The notes below the pieces were generated by a model, which worked only from the letters and a program-made list of their open reading frames with translations, did no database searches and was not told the DNA's origin. From Pavona decussata (Eukaryota), in assembly GCA_977016875.1 (NCBI GenBank), contig CDRNST010000199.1, positions 248,001-312,000 of the forward strand: DNA of 64,000 bases, written 5' to 3'. Each line of letters opens with the position of its first letter. Positions within the stretch are counted from its first letter, which is position 1. Both the position numbers and the translations under genes were made by a program. Positions 1 to 11,593 of this stretch are shown in pieces.

Positions 1-456
1 ATTTTTATCATGCCTTGTTGGCAACTGAGCTTCTGTTATGAAATATTTATAAAAATTCATTTTAAACTATTCTACTTATACAATGTTTTACTTTTGTACT
101 GAATTTCACAAACGTTACTAAGCAAGTCGGAGTACTCAGCTTCTGCATTGCGAAATTAATGACATTTGTGTCCTCAGTCTTTATTTTTCTGTTCCTTCTT
201 TCTGTTTTTGCGCCAACATTTTAAGATTTTTAAACGTATTTTAGGGAAAAGGACGAATTTTCTCACAGTTAATCAGATCATAGGCTTAATTTTTAACGGT
301 GCTATAATAAATATATTCTACTCTTACAGAAGTCGCTCGCTGGTCCATGATCACAGGTTCGCTATCGCGTACTGTAGTTTGTGGTAACTCTAGTCATATT
401 TGCGATTGCTCCGTCCGGAGTGCCACACTTTTTTTGTTTGAAAGTATTTTCATTTT

Positions 457-3039
457 TCATCGTTGATTGTGGTTTGTAGTGACTCCAGCCATCTCTAGGA
501 TTGCTTTGTCCGGGTTGTCGTCCCATCTTCCTGGACGCTTAACCTGGAAAAAGTGCCCGCATGTTTGTGTTACTAGTGTGAACCTGTATGCGCCCGGTTC
601 AACGCGTCTAAGTAGCCCTTTTCTCACTGGCAACCTACAGGCTGGTGCCAAACCAGCAAGTTTCCTGACAATTTTACTTGTATATGTGTTTATTTTGTCG
701 TGCACACAAAAATATAAAAATCTTGCCCTAAAATGTAAGCTTGTCGGCAAATGTTGTTCGAATACAACCTGCCTAAGCGAAGTCCACTGCACAGAAGACT
801 ATTCTATAATCAGTCATTTTTATTTATGTTGAACAAGTGCTGTTACGTCAGGTGACCGACTCAACCTAACTGAACTTTGAACTGATAATAAGGCTTATTT
901 TAAAGGCAGTTAAGGACGGTGCCTACTAATAGCGAAGTATTTTTGCACGGTTCATCACTATGCGGGAAAAGCAGGTCTTGGTAGCGGGTATTGAAATCCA
1001 AAAAGAAAACTGCGGGTAACCACGCATTTTTTAGAGATAACTAAGCAACAATTATTCTAAAAAGCAGCAAAATACAAAGCAATGTATGACGCTTTTTTCC
1101 AAATTAAAGATTTATTATCTCTGAAAAATGCATGGTTACCCCCCATTTTCTTTTTGCATACCAAAATCACTTGCTAAGTTCTGCTTTCTCCGCATAGTTT
1201 TAAAGCGCGCAAAAATATCCCTGTAATAGTAGGCACCACCCATAGGAAACCCGAGTATCTCCAGATGCGCAGAACGTATGCACAGTAACAATAGTAGGCA
1301 CCGTCCTTAAGAGTTCCCGCCACTGCATACAAGTGCTTTCTTGCTTAACTATGTAAATGAAATAGAAACTCGCTACCCTATCCCAGGCGATCATATTCAA
1401 CATTACAGACCTGAAGAAATATTCCGCAGGGCACAAGCATAGAGAGGACAGCTTTTAAGAAAATGCCGGCATTTTGTCTTAACAGTCTTAAAATAACGCT
1501 GGGAGTGCGTAAAAGAACTACAACTGCATTAAACCTCGCCAAACGTTTGTATTTCTTTATTGTACCATGTTAAGTAAGAGCTACGAAGGGAACTGTCTGA
1601 CCTTTTGAAGTTTTTCTGCTTGTTTCCGTTCCCACTGTTGCTGTTTCTCTTGTTTTTCCTTTACTCCTTCTCCTCCACAGCCCCAAACCTTGATCAATGA
1701 ATACAGACAAAGTACAATAGATTTTATTCAATTATCCGGATGCCTTGAAAAAATTGATGCTCGTTTTGGCGCAAGCGCTCGCCCAAGAAGCGCTAAAGTG
1801 GATAAAGAATTAAGCATGAATATTTCCGTTACACGCCAAAAGAGACCAAAAATCTTTTGTTACGCCTTAGCAGACCATCTTGTCCAAACCTAAGATAATG
1901 CAACTTTTTTTTTTTTTTTCGGCGGTCCTTCACAAACGAAATTCGATGTTTTCTGCCAAATGATATCCTATCACTTCAGGCCAATCACAAGGCCCCAAGC
2001 GTTATAGTTTAAACGGAGTCAAAGAAAAATTAAGATATAAAATAATACTTCAACTGGACGAAAGGAGTTTGCACGTATCCATTTATCAGTCTCGGCACAG
2101 TTGTTCGAAAGCCGATTAACGCTAATCCCCGGCTAAAAGTTAGCCGAGGTTTTCGTGTCGCTCACTAAAAATACTTTTGAAAGCTGATTTTAAGTTAATG
2201 GTAAAGAAACGTGAAAGTCAAAACTGAGGAATAAAATTGTTTCGGAAGAATCTTGATGGATTAGGAATTAAACTCCAAGTTCTCTTTAATCAAGGATACC
2301 TTTATCGGGCTTTGAATAACTGGGCCCTGATTAGTAGGTTCAATCACATGCGCCAATTCATGCGTTACATCTTGTCGGCCGATGTCTTTTACTGTTGGTA
2401 TAGTAGTACAGGGTGAAATTCGGCCAGATTAAAAACAAAAACTGTAGGACTGCCATAGATGACTAATTTTTTTTTTGTCCAATTGAGCCAAATCGGCCAG
2501 ATGGATAGGTCACGTGTAAATTGACCTTGGCCCAGTTGTTCAAAGCCCGATTAGGCTAATCCTGGGTTAACGTGAACTTTGATTCGAGTATATTTACTAA
2601 TCCGTAAGGATTCGTCCAAAAGATTTTGTCCCTTAGTTCTGTCTTAGACTTTCCTTTGCCATTAGCTTAAAATGAGCCTTTAAAATCGTCGAAAAACCTC
2701 GGTTAACTTTTTATCGTGGATTAACGTCAATCGGCTTTCGAACAACCCGGCCCTTAAGAATGCAAACCTGAGTCGGGTTATCCGTTGAAATTTACGCGGC
2801 GAAACACTGACAATGACTAGCGTGGATTGTTGCGTGTGCCCATTTCCTCGCTCGCTCCAGTTGCTTATAGTTCAAAAATCGAGCGAACGCACATGTTCTT
2901 ACGGACCAACGCAAAAATACGCACTACAGTGTAAATGCTCTTTTCAGTAAGATTTCGTATTTCTTACAGGTAACATTTGGGTTTTTCTCATGTTTTTAGT
3001 CGTACAGCAGCGTCCAAATAAAACAACAACAACAACAAC

Positions 3040-3078
<39 letters not shown>

Positions 3079-6000
3079 TGCAAAGAAATGATCCAGAAAA
3101 TAACTTATTAAGAGGATTTGTTTAGGCCAAAAACACGTTTATGGGTTAGGTGCACCTTAATATTAATAGTCAGAGCCTGGAACCTTACCTCGATTTTAAT
3201 GACTGTTTGTGGTGACAAATCTGTTTGATAATGAAGTTTAGCTGATGCCAAACTTGTGTCCAGTGTAACACATGGTCTTGATGTCTGGCCCAGCACAATA
3301 CCTGATGGTAAACCTCTGGCTCGCTCGTTGAAAAATATCAAGTTCGGACCAGCTAATGAAAACAAAATAGCATTTAGAGGCTGCAACAGTTTGTGTGATA
3401 AAAAGTTCACTTTGGATGCAGATGTGGTTTGTAGCAACTGGGGCAAGTCTTGCATCTTGAGATTTTAGTCAAGTCTTCAAAACAATACTACCCTAACCAT
3501 CATTCCGGGGACTATGTTCCCTACTCTTTCAGAACAGTGTGTCGGTTCTTTAATGTCCCACAGATTATTTGGAACAAGTATTGTGAGACGGGACCTACGG
3601 TTTATCGACCTTATCTGAGAAGACTAGAAAGTCTAACCGTTTGTATATGCCATTACAAAGGCAACACTTTCTTCTCAGTTATTTAAGACCTTGAGTGTTG
3701 GTTCGGCCGAAGTTTGAACCCGCAACCTTCCGCACGGTAGTCTGGTGTTCTCAGTCCCATCTGACCTAACCAGTCGGCGAATACAGGGATTACTAGGTCT
3801 TACTACTCTCTCTGGTCACTTGTTCAAACTTCCGCACACGTTTGAGATGTAACGTTTGTCTATTGGGATAAGGCCCAACATCCAACGGTTTCCAAAAAAG
3901 ACAGGGGTATGGAGAAGGCTGAAAATAAAACAGTCCTTTCACATATATTCCAGTTTTTCATCTATCCTGTTTCTTCGCCCAAACAGCGCTTTCGGCTTTG
4001 AATATGTCAAAAATGCGATATTCAAGGCCGCTGCCTAACAAGATCCTGGTAGCCTAGTGCACCCACGAAAATGCTCTGGGCCCCAAATTTTTTTGCAGCA
4101 GCACCTAACACTTCACATGTTGGGCTTCTAACTTGGCGTTTGGCTTTGTCGGCCCCTTGAAATTTTTCTTAGGCAACAGCCTTGGATATAATTATCACAA
4201 AATCTTGATCTCACTTTTGTAAGTAGTTTTTACCTCTTAATACTTGAAACTTGGGTCTCACTTGAATAATTCTACAGTCTGAGTTTCCCCAGCTGGAAGA
4301 AGACTCCCTGTGAAACAAATACAGATATAAAGTATCACATAAAGTACATACTAGAACCTCAAAACCAAGAAAAATCCGTTAAAGTTGAACGGTACGAAAT
4401 TCAGCCCTTGGCTGCCATGTATTATTTTCAAAAAAATCTTATCTTTACCTAAAAATAAGGGTTTCACTTTGACAACGTCGACGACGAAACGTCGAGGTTT
4501 CACGATGATAAATACATAGGTTAATTAGATCAATTTACATTGCAGCTAAGTGGCTGAATTGCGTAAATTTACAATTGGCTGATATTATTACAAATTGTAG
4601 ACGCTAAAATTTACAAATTATCAAGGTAATTTACATAATAATAGGAGTTTTATTGTAACTTTATCTTTAATATTCACATGTCTTTGCTTTAGCAAATCTC
4701 TCTGACTTTTCTAATTTACGTTTGATCACGGTCACGGGCCTGGGTAAAATAGGAAACATTGCAGACAAATATGATGTTCCTCAGCCGAGTCACTTTAGCT
4801 GCGCAAGAAGCATATATGTTGTGGACCTAGATCATACTTCATGGGCGCAAGAAAATGTTTTTGAATCAGGTCAAAAACATTCTTGCCTCATGAATTCAAA
4901 TTTTTCTTCCGAAACATATCTTTCCAGTTTAGGCAGCGAGGAAACGTTTTACAACATACATGTTTAATATGTAACTCTGTTCCAGATCTCTTCTGACGGA
5001 TAATTGCAGTTTGCTTGGGACACATGTTTTCTAACCATCTAAAGGAAAAATAACATTTTTATGCTTCCTGCCAGTTTAGCCTCTCCGAAAACAATCATTG
5101 TGAATGTTTGCTTGTTTAGCTGTTTTAATGTACTGGCAACAGTCTGATACTATCAAGCAAGTTGCACCATAGAAAGGGCTAGCATCTCCTTTCACCCTCG
5201 CCATGTGAAACTGTGAGATCACGGTGAATCAAGCTGCCTGTGAAATAAAATTGCCTCAAACTGAAATATAACTACTACTAACAAGATAGTTAACTTGAAG
5301 TTCAACTTCCTCGTCAAAAATCATACAAAATTTAATAGTCATAGAATTCATGCAAGAAGCATATTGATTGTCATTTGATGATGCTGTCAAACCAACTGTA
5401 GGTGAGAACTTCCTCAGTTACAAGTATAAACAGGCATTTTACCTCCACTCCACATCAACAGCTATGATCAGTAATCCTTCATTTCCAACCCTTAACAGTG
5501 TAACAGTTGGTCCGCGGTATGCCATGCAGTGATGCTTAAACCTACAAACAGGACCACAGGAGGAAAGCTATTTTTGCATTATATTTTAAAAGTTTTTAAT
5601 TTGGGAAACAAATCAGTATGGTTACCGGTAAATGAAACGAAAAAAAAACAAAAAGTTTCCGCAATGGCCGAATAAACCATGAGATTGTACTAGTATTTCA
5701 TGGCATCACAGATCACCTTGAGTAATCTACTTCTGGCAATAAAAGTAACTCAGAGTTAACCTCAGTCTGATGATGCGAAATCAGGATCAGGGGAACCTCC
5801 AAACTTGTGAAGAGGTGAATCAGAAATTTTAAAAGAGACAGGCCCTAAAGCTTATCTAGAATCTCATTTTCAAGGTTTGTCTTCACGTCTAACAAGAAAC
5901 AATTCTTTGAAAAAGTAGTTTCTGTCACTTTTTCTTATGCCTTTATAGTCTCTACCATCCGATCAGAAACACAAATTTTTAACTGTTAAAGGTATAAAAT

Positions 6001-9000
6001 GACAACCTCTAAACTGGTATTTGGCTTGTTGGCTCTGATTAATTCTTTATAATGCATTGCAGTCACAGCTAGTAAGCTAAGTGGGGTTGGCAGAGTTCAA
6101 AGTTATTAAAAATATATATGTACTATGTTAAAGAATGAAGGCAAGGCTGTTGCCTAAGAAACTTTTCAAGAAGCCCACAAGGCCAAAACCTGAGAATAGG
6201 AGTCCAATATGTAAATTGTTAAGTGCTATTAATGCAAAACATTTAGGCACCCAGAGCATTTTCTTGGGGGCCCCAGGCTACCGGGCTCCCGTTAGGCACC
6301 AGCATTGGATGAAGGCCAGTTCTACTTAATTAACCTCCCCCTCTTTAATTAAAAGTTAAAGCTTTATACCACTGTTGAAATACATCACATGCATAAAACC
6401 GCACCTGTTTAAACTCTGCCCATGTTGATCACTGTCATAAAGCAGTCCCCATTCCCTGTGCTGACACAAAAGTACACCGACATTCAAATGATCACCACAA
6501 ATGATTAGCCACTGTGGTCATTATATATCACTGTCATAGATCTGTTGAAAAAAGACAACAGGATAAGATAGACCTACCTTTTCCATGGATTTCTTTTCAT
6601 CTGCATTTGTAGACTGCGGATCTCTTGAACTGGATGTCTGAGCTACATTACCAAGGAAACGGGTAGGAAGGATTGTAGAGAGAATCCAAAGGGTTTCTGT
6701 GTTTAACAAGGTCTGGCTGTCAAATTGTCCTGTAAGACGTGGTATGGCATGAAATCCCTATGAAAGCAAAACAAACAACATATAGTGAGGCCAAAAAGCC
6801 TAAAATGAGTTTGTGGATAATGCATCAGTCAATTCCAACAATGCCCATCCCCCCCCCCCCCCCCCCGGGCCGACCCCCGGGAATTTGGAATTTTTGAAAA
6901 TAAACTTGCAAATGCCCAACCGCCGAGACAAAATAGTTGTTCATTGACAAATGCCCCGGGGTGGTAGCTCAAACATGTCATAAATGTTTTATTTTCTTCA
7001 TCTCTCATCTTACTTGAAATCAGTAAAATCTAAGCTAATTCAGGCCAAATTAAGTCCTAGCTGGGTCTTGTTTCCCGTAGTTAGTGCAAAAATAGGTCAT
7101 TCTACAGCTCTAGCGTCCCATTTTATGTCCTAATCTAGACGTATTCAATAAGAAACTTACTGTATTTGCCCATGAATTTGTCATTAAGGAAGCGACAATG
7201 CTGTAGGGTGAAAAAAAGTGAGATGGTCAAATGCCCTGGGGTAATTGGGTGGAAGGCTAATGCCCGACCCCCGGGATGGACAGTGTGGAAAAAAAGGCCC
7301 ACTATTGCCCGGGGGGAGGGGGATGGGCACAGCTGGAATTGACTGATGCATAAAGAGGTTAGGTCTGAAAAAGGGTATAGTGGATAATAAGGTCAGGATT
7401 TGGAGAACTGGACACATACTCAAAAACAAACAAAGCAAAACAAAAAAAAGGAGTGGCACCCCTCCCCATTGCAGAATGCTTGAGTATTGGAAAAAGACAT
7501 ATCATCATTGTAGCTTAATTACAGAAGACTTAGATTGTCAAATCATTTTTCTCCCATACCTCAGAGGTGGTGCCTGGTGAATGTCCTCTATACAGCAACA
7601 TCTTTATCATCCACCAGTGAATACCATCAAACACTCTTGGACAATTTTGTTTTGCCCATTGACAGAATTTGTCACTGTCTATGTGGGTGCTGCCATCGCC
7701 CATCTAGTAATTAAAGTAATTAAGGATGTTAATTTAAGGATAGCAAACTAAGATAAAAGAATCCAACCCTAACAATCTTATACAACTGTACTCACCACAA
7801 ATCCCCCAACACTATACAGTACAATACAATCTTTATTTGATGTATTATCTAGTGAACCTGTAGTCAGGGTTGGCTGCCATCAAGCTTTTAGTCATATGTA
7901 TGTTACATTGAGCTTCCACAGGCCTGTAAAGTCAATCTTGCTGGTTTGTGGGTATAATTAATCAGACAATAAACCTTCAACAGTCAATATCACTTAACAT
8001 TGTCTGAAAGAGATCTTACCACCAGCTGAAATTTCAACAGGATGTAAATTCTGGAGGCCAATTTTAAAGGTGCATGTAGTCGCATGAGCTGGTTGGGTTT
8101 ATTAATTTATGAGCCTGCTGATCAGGTTTTTCATAGCTACACTCATCTCTGGATTTGTGCAACAGATGAGGACTGTAGCCTGTGAGAGTGTGAATCATCA
8201 TCTCTTGTAATCGACTAAAATTGACCACTTTGCACCCAAATTATTATTAAAATATAATAATTATAGCACCCTTCAACTCTTGATTTGAAACCAGCAATGA
8301 TTCGAATCATTTACTCACAATAGAGCGTGCCCATACATCTGCTATTGTTTCTGTTTCAGACTTTGGACCTTGTACAGCACCTGTGCCAACAGCCATGGCT
8401 AAGGACTTTGAGATATGGAACATCTCCACCAAATCTAGAACAGAAAATTAAATGAAGGGGAACCTCTTTGATTTTCAAATTATTCAGCTAAAGTGTCTCA
8501 CAAACTGAACAACCTTAATTAAAAGGTATTAAAAATTAATACTACACTGTCAAGAAAGAAACTATAGACTTTCAGCTGTTAACTTAAATACCTGTGAAAG
8601 ACATGGTTGATTCTCCATCACTGAAAACTGAGAAGTATGACTCTAACTTTCCTGCGATAGTTCCACCTGTGGACATGGCATAAAGTATATAAAATTATAT
8701 TAATTTACAGATCTATGATGAATTCCCCAAGATGCAAATTTACATGAAACATTATGATCAGAGTGTCAAAAATTTCTGCTCAAAATTAGCAAACACATTA
8801 ACATAAGTGATCTTATACATGTCAACAGTCATATGTACCTCTGTCTAAGAAGTTTTCAAATCCAGTTATAAACTCATCTTCTGTTAATGCCACAGTGTTT
8901 CTGTTCTTTCCTCCAACTGACGCAATGTGGGAGAAGAGTAACTCATCAAAATCATCTACTTTACATCTGAAATAGTTCTAAAAACACATCCAAGAACTTT

Positions 9001-11076
9001 ATTTAAAAAAATTAACATAATATCAGGCAAGGTATGTTATTATTTTGTCTCACCACTGACTACTCATCAGCCAAGGGTTACAGACGAAAGCATCCAAAGG
9101 CCAACTCAAGATTACTAAATGCATCACTCTGAGATGGTTCACTAGAAGTTTTATTCCTTTGAGTAATGGACAGTTTAAGTCAATCTTTAATGAAATACCA
9201 GGTGATAAGCTGCAACTTGTCAGCTGAAAATTGTATTAATTTAAAATCATATTACCGTATTACAAAAATCAACTTAATATATAGTGCCAACATCAATATG
9301 AATATTTTCATCAGTGCTTGACATGAAAATAATAATAAAATACAATAAAAAAATTATATACTATTCCAAATATACTATTACAGCGAGAAAATCTAAAGCT
9401 GGTCATGTAAGTGATCATGTGCAACAGTCCCATCCAACTGCTTCCCTTCCAATTCTTTGAATCAGAACATGTTGATAATTTGTTGAAAAAAGTTTGACTA
9501 TTTTAATGATAATATATGATATTAACAATAGTTAATTTAGGTTAACAAATGACTGTACACACTAGAATAGTACAGGTATATCACGATTGCATTTCATGTT
9601 GATCACCACACCTGGGGTATGTAGTTTTAATTGCTGTTATCATTTTGTTTTTGCTTCTTTTTTTTGTGTGTTGTTATTATAATTTTATAATTTGAAGACA
9701 TACTAAGTAGAAAAAGCACCATTTAAAGTTATACCTGTCCAGTTAACAGCTAAAAGGCACCAGATAGAAGATCCATCATGCAATGCAAGCAAGTAGAGGG
9801 ATACATAGGATTACATAAAGTTTGAACGGCTGATGTACATTTTGTAAGTGAGTTTTGTGAAGAAAGAAGCATTTATTTTGCAATTTTTGTTATACCAGTT
9901 CAAACGTTTTCTGGTTGTACTCATTATATACAGGGTATAGTAGTTTATTTGCAAGGGTGTGATCAAAGAAGGGTAAAATCGCTTACTTACAAGGCTGTTT
10001 TATTACACCTTCATCAGAAAACAAGGAATGCTTTATACATTATCTACCTGAAATGTTTCCTTCTGGATGGTAGCTTTCCCATCTTTAACTTCAGCAAGCT
10101 CCTGTTTATTTCAGATCAGACTAAATTATTTGAATAACATCACAGCATAACATACTACAAAAATTTTATAATTTAATGCTAGCCCTTTAAAATGGGTAAT
10201 AGTAGGGAGGAGAGGACGGGGAGTGGGAAGGAGGGTTGGGCTGGTGGTATACCATTCAGGCTAGAGAGGCTTTTTTGAGTGAACAACAACTTTGCTGACA
10301 CTTCATTTTCCACATAAAATGACTTTAGTAAAAGATCCAAATTTAACTCTAATTTATTGCTTATTTTGGCTGCTGCAGCTCCATAACTGTCCGATTTGAC
10401 CTGTCCAATTATTGCAGGCAGCTTGCAATCAGACAGGTCAACTCAGACACTTAAACACAGTCAGCCAATAAAAATAAAGTAGCAAATATTACTGGCCAAT
10501 GAAATATTTTAACTACCCAGCCTGCACTAACCAATCAAAACCAAGGAAAATTTTCAAGTAAGCAGGTTGCCAAGCTTCAGTTTGAAAACTAAAATGAATG
10601 AAATTAACTGGTCAAATAGATTTTTGGACAGTATTATCTCAACAGTTTCACCAAAATTTGTAAGCTAGCTATGTTTTCCTTTGGAAATTTGAGCTGTAAG
10701 CTGATGTCCAGGAATAGGCTTATTAAGTTTCTAATAATCTGGTTGCTTCTATGGAAATATTTACTTACATAGAAGATAAATCATAATAATCATAATCATT
10801 TTTAAGCTTATTTAACAACAAGCTTAGTTGTTATTGATAAGCTTATTAAACAATTATGATGATTATGATTAGTATTCTATATAAGTTAATATTTCCATAG
10901 AAGCTACCGGGTTATTAGAAACTTAATAAGATTATTCCTGGACATTTTAAGTTAAGACTACAGTCAAGTTGCGCCTGCCGCCGTTTTGAGTCCAATACCT
11001 CATACAATCTTGAAAGGCTTTCGTGATACGGAGATCGTTGCACTGGTTCCTGTTGAGAAGCCTGTTTGTTTCCCAT
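457..11076 (-). CDS. TLDc-domain protein, MEAK7/TLDC1/EAK-7/Rtc5-like; 13 coding exons, ~450 aa, predicted N-myristoylated
   Basis: Manual splice model, all GT-AG with consistent phases, 1353 nt in total. Exons: 11076-10999, 10101-10048, 8977-8839, 8666-8592, 8434-8319, 7703-7560, 6757-6578, 6460-6405, 5541-5443, 4307-4234, 3352-3189, 1688-1602, 543-457. Starts MGNKQASQ. TLDc hallmarks: WGLLYDSDQHGQSLNRFKHHCMAYRGPTVTLL, and IEVWGCGG at the domain end. C-terminal WDDNPDKAILEMAG resembles the MEAK7/Rtc5-type tail. Exact orthologue not determined. Confidence 0.85.
914..1306. mobile_element. MITE, Kolobok-like, in the last intron of the TLDc gene
   Basis: TIR GGACGGTGCCTACTA; TTAA TSD at 910-913 and 1307-1310. 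Confidence 0.85.
2094..2326. mobile_element. PIF/Harbinger-like MITE (GGCCCAGTTGTTC family), copy 1
   Basis: Imperfect TIRs GGCACAGTTGTTCGAAAGCCGAT ... ATCGGGCTTTGAATAACTGGGCC; related to the copies at 2529 and 26619. Confidence 0.7.
2529..2752. mobile_element. PIF/Harbinger-like MITE, copy 2
   Basis: TIRs GGCCCAGTTGTTCAAAGCCCGATT ... AATCGGCTTTCGAACAACCCGGCC. Confidence 0.7.
3021..3077. repeat. Compound microsatellite (AAC)n(AAT)n
   Basis: Read directly. Confidence 0.95.
3505..3779 (-). mobile_element. tRNA-derived SINE
   Basis: Minus-strand B-box (GGTTCAAAC) in the head. The body is clearly homologous to the second copy at 59661-59895. Confidence 0.7.
6821..7350. mobile_element. PIF/Harbinger-like MITE
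   Basis: TIR TGCATCAGTCAATTCCA..TGCCCATCCCCC; TAA TSD on both sides. Confidence 0.85.
10704..10945. repeat. Foldback palindrome / MITE, ~240 bp, in TLDc intron 1
   Basis: Almost the whole length is self-complementary: ATGTCCAGGAATA..CTTATTAAGTTTCTAATAA / TTATTAGAAACTTAATAAG..TATTCCTGGACAT. Confidence 0.8.
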
Positions 11077-11593
11077 CTGCTTTTCACGATGATTTCATTC
11101 ATAACAGCGAAAGAAATCCGGGAATTATAAAGACATCCAGTTTACCGCTATCATCTCTTTGAGTCGCTCTGCTACTCGTCACAGGATACTCGCTATTTAT
11201 ACTGGTCACATGACACTCAGGATCGTGCTACGCGCCGTTCGTCACGCAAATTGTTCACCGTGACGGCACGCATCATCGTTTGTACTGATCACCAATATCA
11301 CGAGATGACATTTAATGAAAAAAAAAAACTTTTTGTCAATCTTCTTGTATATATTTTCAGCCTTTTTACACGATTTTGCACCAATCCTTTTTTACAAGGA
11401 AAGAAAATATTACATACATGTAACTCGTGCCTGTCACACGTAGTGGTCACGCGTAAGTGTGAGCCCACGTCAGCGGATTACCTTCGAAGAATTCGTGGCA
11501 CTTTTGCTTTGCGAGCGAAGCGCGAGCGAAGGAAGCATATAAACTGAAATGCAGCTTTACACAATTGGAACTTAACTGCAGTTCTGGCTCAAA
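11077..11593. promoter_or_regulatory. Bidirectional promoter shared by the TLDc gene and DYM
   Basis: 517 bp between two divergent ATGs, CpG-richer than the flanking introns. Minus-strand TATAAATA at 11194-11201 next to E-box GTCACATGAC at 11205-11214. Plus-strand TATAAA at 11538-11543. Several GTCAC/TCACG half sites. Confidence 0.65.
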
